Shown here piece by piece: positions 35,621 through 47,600 of a DNA stretch of 64,000 nt; positions within the stretch are counted from its first letter, which is position 1; each line of letters starts with the position of its first letter. The notes beneath the pieces were generated by a model. That model did not search any database. It saw nothing but the letters and a program-made list of their open reading frames with translations, and was not told where the DNA came from. The translations under genes and the position numbers were made by a program. Source of the DNA: Isurus oxyrinchus (Eukaryota); contig JANJGN010000041.1 of NCBI GenBank assembly GCA_026770705.1, positions 6,262,001 to 6,326,000 on the forward strand, read 5' to 3'.

Positions 35621-36019
35621 GGATTACCATTGACCTTTCCCGCAGTTAATCAAAACATTCTGGTTCTTTTAATCTGTGCAGGGTCTCTTGCGAAATTTTG
35701 ATCCAGTTGGTACACTTAATTTCCAAGTATGTGGTCCAGCAGTGCCTCATTTCTCCTGGAACTGGAAACGCACTGCAGTATAAATGTTTCCTGAGCACAG
35801 TTTAGGAACTGCTATTATCAGTATCTACATTCGACTAATTGAACTCCCTCGTTCTAAGTATTCTACAATGCTTGCACTTCACTGTAATTTCCTTGCCAAT
35901 TCGAGATTGTGCCCTTGCCACTTTGGTCTATACTATTTCTCCTGCACTGCAACATCATACAAGTCTCGACATTGCCACCGGAAGTCACCTAATAAGAATT
36001 TGAAACATCGCAACAGTTA

Positions 36020-39000
36020 AATGAATGAAGCCAAAATCTAAAAAATGGCTGGAATAAGTCCCCAGATTCCCATGGTGTGACCTGAGATAACATGTCAACA
36101 TTGCTGATGGAGTTAGTGGTAGTTTTACAAAATGAAAACAGAAACCCCAAGAGGAGTTTGCTAAATTATGAAGCTTCCTTTGAGACGTGGAGGCCTAAGG
36201 TCTGCACCAGAAGAAGTGGAAGTCCATTGCCTGGCTGCCCAAAAGTGAAGAATCGATGAACATGCGCTGATCTCAAAAAACTGAATGCAATGCACAAACA
36301 AACAGAAGAAGGGAGAACGGATGATAGATGTATCCATTTTAGGGAAAATCCACTTTTTTTTTAGAAGAAGCACCTGAGTAAGGCAGAGTCCATACACCTG
36401 GCCAAATCAATACAGATTGAGCAAAATACAAAATGAAGCTGGAGGTAAGTATTAAAATAGGCAGGACTCTCAGGACTTAGCACATCAAGGCGGCAGCTGG
36501 AGGAAAGCTGCAGCAAAAACTGGCAGCATTCCACCAGGAGGCCCAGCTGAAGTGAACGTAAGTTTTATTTATACAATTAATGCAATTAATTTAAACGACA
36601 TGCTGAGTAGAGAAGAACCTGCAGCATTTAATAAAAAAAATGCTCCTTTCATTTGAAACCTGGGTTCTTGCTTTAAGAAAAATGAATGCCGGGTTAACAG
36701 GCCTAACCTTTTGAATAAAATGGGATGGCCACAGTGCAATACTGCCGAATATTAAAAAAAAGTGTGGAAATTCACAGCAGGGTTATTGACAGCTGCAGAG
36801 CCATCCTGAAGTGGATAAAAATGGATGTGGCACAGACAGCCATAAATGCGCAATGGCATTTAAAAAGATTAACTCAGGAAAAGAAAAATAAATTGCCTTG
36901 GATACGAAATTCCATCACAGCCACATTTTTGCTTCTGCAAAGGCTGAAGGGATAGTTTTCTTTATTTAAATTATTGGATGATTCAAGTCAAAGCACAATC
37001 TCTGGAGTCGTCCAGGCCAGCACCAACTTTACCCTCATTTACTGAATTGCATGACCGGTAATCCCAAGCTAGTACATTGATAATTCCTCAACCACCTTCA
37101 ATGACAAAATAAATGCCTTTCATGAATCTTTGAAACATCAAGTTGAGGACTCTGTAGAGCCTTACAAGATGCATACAAATCCTGTAGCAAATTAACAATC
37201 GGCGAAATTACGTCCTTGAACACGTTATAAGAGGCAACATAAAGGTCCAGAACTTCCTGGAAATCCCTGGAACCTGTTTTTATGGGGGGCCTGTGAGATG
37301 ATTGCTAATTACTTTCCCTATAAAATACCGATAATTGCTTCCAGCATTGTGCAAGCAGCTGGTAGTGAGCAGCAGGGAAATTAATAAAACTAGCGACTTG
37401 TCACGTGAAGGAGAAAAAGCATTAAATAAAAAGCAATCGCTTGTTTCAAAGCTGAACAGGATGAATTGAAGTGTGAGATTCAGGCTGGATATGTAGATTT
37501 GAAAATGCATCGCGAAACGCAGTCTTCAAAGAGCCAGAATTTTCGAGGCCAGAACAAACAGAAGTTAGAGATAAAACAAATGGGGCAGGGTGGGAATTAG
37601 CACCCTCAAATGCACAGTTGGCAAATCAAACCGTGAGTTAGAAAATCTCATCCACATGTACAGCCAAGCAAAACAATAGGGAATAAAAAGATTCAAATAA
37701 GCAGGAAAATTGAAAGGCTCTCTGCAGAATGAACCTATATAGGTCAAAAAAACATCAAAAAACAAGATGTTGAATATTATTTGAGAATAAAGCTGCATTG
37801 GAACTATCAGCAGTATCAAAGGGACAGACTGAAGCTCAGGGTGAGTTGGTGTTAGTTGGCCAAGGAATTAATTAGTCGGAAAACAGCTGATTGTTCTGCT
37901 TCTTCAAAAAGCACAAATAAGTACATTATTCTTCAGCAGCATGAATACATTAAAATCTCTCCTACACAGCAGAACGGAAGAAGAGCACAGTAAAATCGAG
38001 GAGAACTTGCTGAATAAAAGGAAAGTGAAGATGAAGCAATTGAAGCTTCACAGCGCGAAAGAAAGCCTGGAGAAAAAAATTAACACATTACAGATGTCCC
38101 TGAGGCCAAATCATTTTCCTATGCAAAACGATGAAGAGTAGCAGCTTAAATTTCATCTGACTCTGAACAAAATGGAAACGCAATTTGCAGGGAAGACTCC
38201 AGAATTTTGAAAATTATAGGAATAAGCCTAATCTGCCAGAAAAAAAGGACAGAAGAGCTGAAGAAACAGCTGACATTGAAAGGAAAAGTTAAAGCCCTTT
38301 CCAAAAATGCAAGCAGGTGATGAAGTTATGAACAAAACATTTGGAGAACTGTAGGAATTTACCTGCCAACGGAGACAGGCCTGGCCAACAGTGAAACCCA
38401 CATGAAGGACAAAGAGAAATCACTGCTGCAGGCAGAGGACGGAGGGGGGCACTGGCAAACTGGCAGGGTCACTGCATTGGAAGCCCAGAGACCCAGGCTA
38501 CTGCTCTGGAAGCATGGGCGCCACATCCACCACGGCGGCTGGAGGAATTAGAATTCAGCTCTTAAACCTGTAATTGCAAGCTAGCCCCAGTGATGGGCAC
38601 CATGAAACTATCATCGATTATCATCAAATCCCATCACTTTACCAATGTACGTTAATTGAATGTCTGCCTTGCTGAACTGTTTTGACCGAAAAGTGGCTCC
38701 AGGAACCCAGCAATGCAGCCGGCTATAAACTGCGCTCAGCAGTCACCTAGTGAGTTCAGTTCAAAAGCAAAATCTATGGTCAAACAAATGTCGGTTTTCC
38801 AGCTACGCCCACAACCTGTGGAAGAATAAGGAAGAAGAAAGATTGAAAAAAGATTGTAATTTGTGAATCTGATACTGAAGCTCAAGAGACAAAAATGCAA
38901 AATCACTGGATTCCTCAAACGGACTGAGGGTTGTTGAAAAGTGACCTGGCTGAAATGGAGATCAAGAAGCGGGAACATCATAGAAATGGTCAGCAATTCC

Positions 39001-39895
39001 AAGGAGAAGTCAAAGTTCTCACAGAATAGCGGGAGGATTTTCATCTACAAAAAGGCCAAGTAAACTTAAAGAATGTGACTGTGCAGCACGGCTCTCATGA
39101 AAGCGACGCTGCTGAGCGAAAAATGGTCAGTGTAGAGAACTAACTTTCATGTACAGAGGTTCAGTTTGCTGAGATGTTGGATCTTCAGCATGAAAATACC
39201 CCCAAAAAATTAAGCCGCCATCCAATGTGAAGAAGATGGAGAATGAGATGTGTCATTTGGGAGAGGGAAGACAGACTCTGAAGACTCGAACAAGCAGTTT
39301 CAGGATTTAATGACTGAATTGGGCGAATCAAAGGGGCAGTCAATGGGCATATAAAAAAAACCTGAAAGGAACTGACTGTACAGGTCAGCGTAACCCTGTA
39401 TAAAGATTTCACAGATAACTCCGAAGGAAAAGCAGCTCAACTTCCAGACCAATTGCTGACTTCAAGGAAAATGTTCAGATGTGTGCAAAAAGTTTTGCAG
39501 ATAAAAGAGCAATCACAACTTTGGCTGAAGTTGTGAAACAAATGGAAATTAATGTCCCATTTCTCAATCATCAACATCAAGCTCGATCATGGGGGACACA
39601 GTGGAAATAGAAAATCCCAGTCCACTCCAATATTGCTTGGACTGCATATTCCCCTCATAAAGAATGGAACAAACACACCTTGCCCGAGCAGATCAAAATG
39701 GGATGCTGATAATCAAAAAGGGAACTCAAAGGAGCACAATAATCCAATCAAATGGAGAGAAACAAGTGTGAGAAATACGGAGCATCACAATCTAAATCTT
39801 AAACTGAAAACGTCAGCCCGAAGAAAGTTTTTAAACCATTCATCCACACGGAACACACAGGAATGTTAAAGAATGTTCAAATATCAAGACAGCTG
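36020..39895 (+). pseudogene. Decayed intronless long coiled-coil coding sequence (tentatively ANKRD26/CCDC144-like)
   Basis: A/G-rich strand bias with E/K/Q/L-rich fragments: KHLSKAES, LCKQLVVSSREIN..EKALNKKQSLVSKLNR, AKESLEKKINTLQ, QFQDLMTELGESK and terminal STRNTQEC*RMFK. Similarity is weak. Confidence 0.35.
38441..38835 (+). mobile_element. tRNA-derived SINE with LINE-derived 3' tail
   Basis: Degenerate tRNA-like head, central ..ccatgaaactatcatcgatt.. block, and a 3' ..cgcccacaacc..gaataa tail resembling the 3' end of the LINE at 420-1335. Confidence 0.7.
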
Positions 39896-40444
39896 AACTC
39901 ATGATGTATTAGCGTTGTCCAGGTCCGCGAGGTTGGAGGGTGGGGAGAGGGGGAGTAGGGGTGCTGTGGGGAGTAGTTGCGAGGTGGCGGTATTGTGTCA
40001 GAGAAATGTAGCAAACAAATGTTTTATTGGAAATAATTATAGTCAGATGGAAGGAAGGATGGTTGGTTTTAAAGGATGGTGCTATTGTCTCGAGTAGCAG
40101 CATGGCGATTGTAATGTAAAGGTTTTCAGGACAGTAAGGGTTAATGTGGCTTTGGGGAATAGTATAGCATGATGCATAGGGTTACATGATTGTAGACTTA
40201 GAAGCCAAGTATGAAGCAACTAGTAAAGTGGCTGCACCCATGTATGCGGAACATCGGATATGTATATCATTATGGCTTAACAATGAATAGTTCATGTTTA
40301 AACATTGCAAGTCGGGAGACCTCTCAGTGGGAGATCAAAGCAGCATTTTCAGCAATCCCCAGGTTAGGGCAGGAAGCAACACTGACCAATCAAACATTGC
40401 CAGGGCAGGTATAGCATATGATTATATATAGATTAATGCCCCAT

Positions 40445-41030
40445 CTAAACGCTCCGAATTACAGAATACATGAACTTGTATTTCACGTGGTTTGATGCAA
40501 ACAAATTTCCCTCTAAAGACATCAAGCACTCTAAGGGAAGGTACAACAGTAGATGAGGTATATAACCAATCTCCCTATTCACTGTCCTCATCGTACCCAT
40601 CTCAGCACCGATACACCAAAGATTTAGATACGGACAACTCTCTGTAAGCAATGTCTCCTTCGAGCATTCCAAGGGCTGTTATAACACTGGCTTAGATTGA
40701 CAACTGCGCATTCCCCAGTAAACCTTCCAATAGCTGGCTCAATCCGGGGGTTGAGGCATAAGTCTGCGGGGAATAACCAGTCAGTACTATTAATGTGATA
40801 TATAAAGTGAGCTTTATTCAATGCAGGCATATCCCACTATACTTATAGTATTTCACAGCTGGTCAAATCATCTGCCAATGTTCTCGTAGATGTGTTTTCC
40901 TATTTATGGCGTCCCTATTGCCGATAATCCCAAGCTGTTTTAGAGTAGCTTTTGTTTTCCATACACCTTGTAATTTCTCACTAACTTGCAGCCAAAGCAG
41001 CCTGGACTGCTGCCACTGTGCTGCGCGTAA
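40445..41030 (-). mobile_element. Possible fragment of a viral/ERV fusion-type envelope gene
   Basis: Minus-strand STVAAVQAALAAS**EITRCM.., WDMPALNKAHFIYHINST.., VVNLSQCY../LECSKETLLTESCPYLNLWCI: a heptad-like stretch followed by a Cys-rich region. Confidence 0.35.
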
Positions 41031-41050
41031 TTGCTTGTTATTTCCGTTTC

Positions 41051-41262
41051 TCTTTTAGATGCTTCCGTTCACTGAATTTCTGAGAAGGAAAAAGAAACAA
41101 AAGCACTCTTCTTAGGTTCTGGTTTCTTACGTTAGGTGTTTCATGAATGTAATTGTCGTTAATCTTTTAGATGCTTCCGTTCACTGATTTTGTGAGAAGG
41201 AAGATGAAACATAAGCACTTCTCTTAATTTCCGTGTTGTTACGTCTGGTGTGTCGTGAATGG
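41051..41262. repeat. ~112-bp tandem duplication
   Basis: tcttttagatgcttccgttcactga at 41051 and 41163. Confidence 0.9.
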
Positions 41263-41304
41263 AGATAGCAAAATGAGTAATAAAGAGTCTATGTGGATAG
41301 CTAG

Positions 41305-41432
41305 TCTGCGTGTGTCTGTGTGTCTCTTTGTGTGTTTTGTTCATGCATGTTTCTGTGTGTGTTTATGTTTCTGTGTGTGTATGTATGCATGTGTCTGTGA
41401 GTGTGTGTGTATGTGGGTGTGTGTGTGCGTGC
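41305..41432. repeat. Degenerate (TG)n microsatellite
   Basis: Directly visible. Confidence 0.9.
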
Positions 41433-41822
41433 CTGAATTTTTCATGCTTTTTCTCCCTGAACATTAATTTTGCAGAGGAGCCTCAACACTTTGAATATGG
41501 AATCGTTTAATCAGTCATATTAAAGGAAAGCAAAATGTAAAGAATATGTTTCAAGTTAAAAGTTTTGAATTAAAGTTCTTGCCAAAGATCACAACCTGAT
41601 TATGTGTTCATGAGCAGGTGTGAATTTTACCATAGATACAAATTCAACCAAAGGGGGAATGGGGGGGTGTTTTAATGTTCCACAGTGTGAATTGGAACTG
41701 TGATGCAGCTCATTCTCCGTTGGAGTTATCTTGGGTCAGACACGTCTTAAAGCGTTTAAAGATGTTAGGTTTGGCTCCTGATAAAGTTGTCAAAGCAGCA
41801 AAATCATTTTTAATGAAGTTGT

Positions 41823-44207
41823 CTCCGCTCCACAACCAAACACCTCCACCACAAAACACGCTGTGGAGTTAATCATGTTGTTCTCATAGCTACTTCCGTT
41901 TTAGTTAATGATATAACCTTGTGATTACCAGAATTATATTGGCCGTTATTAGATTTCAATTTTCCAAGTTTACAGACGTGAGTGAACATATCAACCCATT
42001 GAAGTGTGGGTCATAGGCACGATGAATTGCTTGCGTTTTTTAACAAAGATGATTATTCATTAAAGCGCCGTGTGAACCCAAGAGTTTTTTTGAATTAAAG
42101 ACAGAGAATAAGGTAATTGTGCTCCAGAGGACTGGCCTTACCAGTTCACGCTGCTTGTAACTACTAGATAACTTTCGAGAAAGACTGCTTGAGAACGGGA
42201 CTTCTGAGCAAACTCACCGTCCAATGAAGATCGGATTTCTCAAAACCAGTTTTGAATACCACCAAGCTTCAGCACAGTTGTTTCTGAAACCAGAATTCAT
42301 AAAATAAATTAGACATGAGCTTATATTTCCCGTTTTCAAAGGGAGACTTAGCTGACTTTTAAGGAGATTAACAAACTTTCAAAAGAAGAACGCTAATCGG
42401 AAAACAGTTCAGGCGGCTCCTTGGAACAAAAAGCAAGTTTGTTTCTAGGAAGGAATATATTGAACAATGAATTCAAAATTTGGGCAACATTAAAAATCGG
42501 ACACAGGCTAACAAGTTACTTTTGTGAAAACATAATTATATTTGAAGAAATAACAAACAGGGCAAAACATGCTAACACCTGCAGTCAAGCATTTGATTCA
42601 AATTTGAAAGATATTATCAAAATATTTTCCTTTTGAGTGAATTCGATCATCACTCCTTGCTAATGGCGTTGCAAGTTGAAAACGAAATGCAGAACAATCA
42701 TCAGAAATTCAGTCAAACCTTCTCTGTAAGGCTTCAAGGCCATCCTGCCACCAGTGCATGACTCGTGGTGCAAACTGCACAATGCAGGTCTCTGTCTGGA
42801 AGATAGAGCAGATGAGAAATGGCTGCGGTCGCCAAGACCCATTCTGAAGAGTATCAGATGCTATCATCATTCCATTACAAGCCAAGAGGCAGTTATGCAA
42901 TGATACCCAGAGGTCTGCTGAATCCAGCCTTCTTGTTATTGTGCTGACAATACTGCCTTTTCCGGTGCACATTAACAACGTAAGCATTAACCGAGCCCTC
43001 CAGTTGCTTTCCCTTCGTAGTGTGAGAAAAATCAAACTCCATCACTTTCAGAATTTCAGCCTCTGCTTCAGTCCCTCCCTCCGTTCCTGCCTCCACAAAC
43101 TCTTGTTGTTCTGAAACGTAATCTTTCTGTTTCGAAGTTGATATTTAAATCGGTTTGTGAGCTGACCTCGAGTTACACTTCCTACGTTCCCGGTTTGGAA
43201 CTCATGAACTGGAGTGGTCATGCAACCTGGCTCCCCTCACTTTGCCCTACAAAATCTTCCCAGGTCTCATGAACGAGATGAGGTGCTCACTATTGTAACT
43301 GTATGGCGATTCGTGGAAATGATTGAGGGTAAGATCTAGAATTACGGTAAATAGGCACAACATCAAATGGGAATTGGAAGAACCCACCTCCGGTGTCGTT
43401 CATGTAATTTATCAATTTGGTGACCATGTATGTTCTAATGATTGTAAAGAGTAGATGAGGGGAATAAATGTAGATTTTTTATTTCTCTTTTGTATATGTG
43501 TTTTTCTTTGCCTACGAAATCTTTATGAGAATTCAATTCGAGGCATTGGGACTGTTGGGGAGCAGAAAAGCAAAGAGCTTGAAATAACGACCGCATTTTA
43601 TCCTCTTGGAAGTTAACTGGAAAAACAGGATGAATAATCTATTGGCACATCCTTTTAAATATAATAAAATCACGTATTGAAGTTGATTGGTGGAAACCTG
43701 TATCCCCTGATTCAGACCTCCAGCCTACAGTAAGATGGAAATTTTGGAGATGAATTTAATTATGTATCCGTTGATCCAGATCTTTAGCCTACAGTAACAA
43801 TTATATCTTAGAGATGAACTTAAACCCTATATACACTGATACACATCTCCAGTCTGCAGGGACAGGGATGTGTTTGATGAGGATTTGAATCTTGTCTCCA
43901 CTTTTCCAGATCTCCATCCTGGGGTTCCTGGGATGTTGTGGAGTTGAAAGTGAATAATGTAACCACTGATCCAGATTTCCAGTCTGGAGTAACCAGCCAC
44001 GGCTGCAGATGGGCATGCAGTTAGTGCTACATGGGATGTTGCGGAGAAGCTTCTGAACTCTGTATTCAGTTCTCCACATCATCAGTCTGCAGTCATTGCC
44101 ATGTTGCTCAGCTGAATCTGAATCATGTACCCACTGATCCAGATCTTTAGTCTGCAGCTACTATGATGTTATGTAGTTGTAGAAGAATCCGATCTGCATT
44201 GACTCAC
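41823..44207 (+). repeat. Segmental duplication copy B (paralog of 15644-17998)
   Basis: Colinear with copy A, including the SNRNP27-like sequence and the 65-bp minisatellite (~43690-44200). Confidence 0.93.
42893..43275 (-). pseudogene. SNRNP27: SNRNP27-like processed pseudogene, copy B (C-terminal 67 codons open)
   Basis: EGGTEAEAEILKVMEFDFSHTTKGKQLEGSVNAYVVNVHRKRQYCQHNNKKAGFSRPLGIIA*; the upstream RS-like region has in-frame stops. Confidence 0.9.
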
Positions 44208-44914
44208 TGTGATATACCACACTTGGGAAACTGTGCACATTTTCCCTGGTTCGGACACACTAGACTTTCCTGGCTCATGGCGTCAATAACCTCCGCCTGT
44301 CTCTTCATCAGGTAGCTGACTGGGATATCCCAGCCTTGGAGGGAAATGCAGACATCGCCATTGTAAGGGAGGTGAGAACCGCGTCAAAAAAAATGTTTTC
44401 CTTTCTTTGAGTGCTGCATGAAGGATAGAGTCACTAAAAGTAAACATGTACCATTGTGAGCCCTGTCTGCGTCTCCGACTGCAGCTGACTGTCATTTCTG
44501 TAAGTCACGCTCTGCCGCCTCCTCAAGATGCAGCGCCCGGTGGTCCAGTGCTTTCTGCTTCATGTGAATAAAACCTGCTGCAGTGCGCAGTGCTCCTTGT
44601 CCATGCTCATTTCATATTTGCATCACCGCGCACTGACAAGGGAAGGAGATGGAGTTTGGGAAATGTTATGGCCGCATTGACATGCGATTATGCCACAACA
44701 GATCTGGTCGCAGACACAAACAATTTGCCGCCAATGTCCAAGGCTCGTCCAGCACAATCCAGGATATGCCCTGCAACACAAGAAGGGCAGAGGCATCCTG
44801 GGTAACGGCAGAGTGGCAGAAAGTCCAGTGGGGCAATATTGCCGAGCTCCCAGCATTTACTGCAGACACTATGGTGCCTCAAAGCGCATCAGGGCAAAGA
44901 CAGCAAACGGGGAG

Positions 44915-45050
44915 AAATAGAAAATACTGTGGATGCTGCTAATCTGAAAAGAAAATCCTTAAAATATTGGAAAATTTCAGCAGATTTGACAGCATCTGGG
45001 CATAAGAAAGAAACTGACAAACATTTAGGGTCTGTGTGACTCTTCCTAAG
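44915..45050 (-). mobile_element. Degenerate Penelope-type 3' terminal fragment
   Basis: Reverse complement resembles 5900-6030 (gatgctg.caaatctgctga..ttttcca..agcatccacagt). Confidence 0.6.
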
Positions 45051-46079
45051 AGCCTTGCATCAGAGGAAGACTCATAGGGACACAGGAAAGAAAGACCCCT
45101 GCTGCTTCCCAAATGCCATCTACCCTCAGCTGATGGATATTTTATCCTCTGTGCTGAACACCACTTTAAAGGAGTAATGGCAGCGCAGATTTCACTCTGA
45201 TTGTGAGTCCGAGATGTTCCTTACCAGGAATGAATCAGTAGTGGTACGGCTCACGAGTTGGCTGAGTCATGAAGGAGCTGGAATGCGAGGATTCAAGAAC
45301 AGGGTTCCTGCTCACCTTCACGAGGGCAACTTACAGTGGGAAGTAACAATGTGGCCTAACCACATACACCTACTGCCGAAGGAATAATAATAGGCCATAT
45401 CTGTCGGGGTTGCTCTGTGCCAGCTGGTGAAAGAAACAGCATCAGGCAAATAAAAAACATGTCAATATTGTCCTCACAAAATATCGCTGTTGCATGTGCC
45501 AATAGTGGTCTTAGTTGGAGTGATATCCGCACAAAGCTTTTGGAGTTGAAGTGTTGCCTTCACATCAAAGAATCATTCCAGCGTGCTGAAGTCACTCCCA
45601 CTCTGTTAGATGTGTTACATTCAGAACGGAGCTAACAGCGCTAAACTGGGCATATGTGAGGCTATGTAGGCCATCAGCAGCAGCAGAATTCTGGCACAAC
45701 CAAAATCACCAATCATGTCCCGGCTTAAACGGGATAAGCCACTGCTTATCCAACTCCATACCTTTCAGCAAAACTTCCCAATCTAAAATAGCCAATCACT
45801 CCCCCGCCCCCATCCCCGAATTCTTTAACACTCTCTTTGTTCAGATTAAGAGCAGTTTCTCTCATTGGAACATAGTACATTGAAACTTAATGAAACATTC
45901 TACCATATTACGCTCACTCTTTCCTAAGTGCACCTTTACATCAAGTGTATCAATGAGCAATGTTCAGTAGCACAAGGCTAGATCTGAAATAAGACGTTCA
46001 ATGTCTGGTTGTTCAACGTTCTGCTCTAGAACACCATCTTGCAAATGTTGTAAGAATTCATTCGCCCAAAACATTAGAA

Positions 46080-47600
46080 GGAATTAGTTTTACTCACCCT
46101 GTAATTACGGTGAAATCTCCCATGATTAGATTTCTGTGCTTCATACAAGAATCTCCAATGTAATGATATATTCAGAGATGTACATTACCACTGCCGTTTG
46201 GTCGACTGTAAACAACTCACTGCAATGTTTTCTGCCCCCTGCTGTCCCTTAGTTGACCCAAATTGATTCTATATTTTGATATTTCCAACACCAGGCATTT
46301 CTCAGCACTGTACCAATGCCATCTTTGATCAATAGGTTTACTGCAATAACATTTCCCAGCTCCTTGTCCTTCCAGAATGACACATGCCTTGGATATTAAG
46401 TTCCCAACATTAGTTTGCTTGCAGATACGTCTGTGCAATGTCTAACAGATCAAACATATCAATTTCTATTTGAGATTAAAATTCACGTGTTTTCCTGCGA
46501 ATGCTGCAGGCATTCAGAAACAGAGCCCTTAATTCATTGTTTCATTACCGTTTTTGCAAACACTGTCACTGCCTGCTAGCACACTCCTAATCTTGCAATG
46601 TCTTCTCCTTTCTTCCATTACCTGATTACTTTCGTCTTTAAGCCTTCAGTCACATATTGTCTTGCCATTTCCATTTCATTTATTCCAACTGCCCGAGATG
46701 ATCTCTTCACCATTTGGTTATTTAAAAACCATCTCTACTTCCTTTGTACCATATCCCAATCGAACACAGGGCAGGGCACGGTTAAAGTCTAGATTTCCCT
46801 AATGCTAAATTTCCCACAGTCCCAGTTGTAGTGCCAGTGCGACTACATCCGCACCCATTTCTCCTACACTATTTTTGAGACACATATTAATATTCCTAAT
46901 GTTATTCACCTGACACCGTTTTTTACATCACACCAGTCATAGTTATAGATTGTTAACGTTTCTTTTCTGCTGCTTTACCTCGTGCCTATCTCCCCAGAAT
47001 CGCTATGCAGAAATTATTTCCTAGTTTTTCCAATGTTTTTTGTACTTACATGGACAACGACCCAGTAAATCCACTCCCTCCAAGTTGAAGCTTCTCTACA
47101 GCCTCAGCAGGTGTCGCAAAAGGTACAAGCCTGGAGGTAACCCAGCAGCCTGGACTCATGGCAGCGAACACAACATGACTAAACAGACGCCTATCACTAT
47201 TATAATCCTCATTGCCCCACCCATTGACAAAACATTGTTCAGCATTGTGTAATGATAATTCCACTTGTCTATCTTGCAGTCCTCCCCATTCACAATGGTT
47301 CCATCACTTCATACCTATTCAAAAGGTCATGGACCGAGGCTCCTTGAAGTCTCGGTTCTGGGTGGCCTTATTCACCAGACATGCACTCACACTCCTGCTC
47401 GTGACCATTGAACAATCTGAAGTTCTCTCTAAGCTAAGGGGAATGACTGCCTTCTGGGGCAAAGTTCCCAAGCAACATTTGCCCCCCATTGACTCCCGAC
47501 AAATGCTTCACAATTTCCGCAGCTCATAATCCAGCTCAATGTATTCAATGTACTCCATCGAAATGGACATACTGCTATAATGGCACACCGCCAGCCTGCC
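46080..47600 (-). mobile_element. CR1 LINE ORF1/endonuclease remnant
   Basis: Minus-strand QLRDSRGQKTLQ (endonuclease) and PGCWV (ORF1 esterase region) fragments. Confidence 0.6.

Noticed and set aside
40624-40830. Retroviral RT N-terminus reading of LNPRIEPAI..CYNSPW
   Set aside because: No downstream RT motifs, and the flanking Cys-rich peptides fit an envelope-like protein better.
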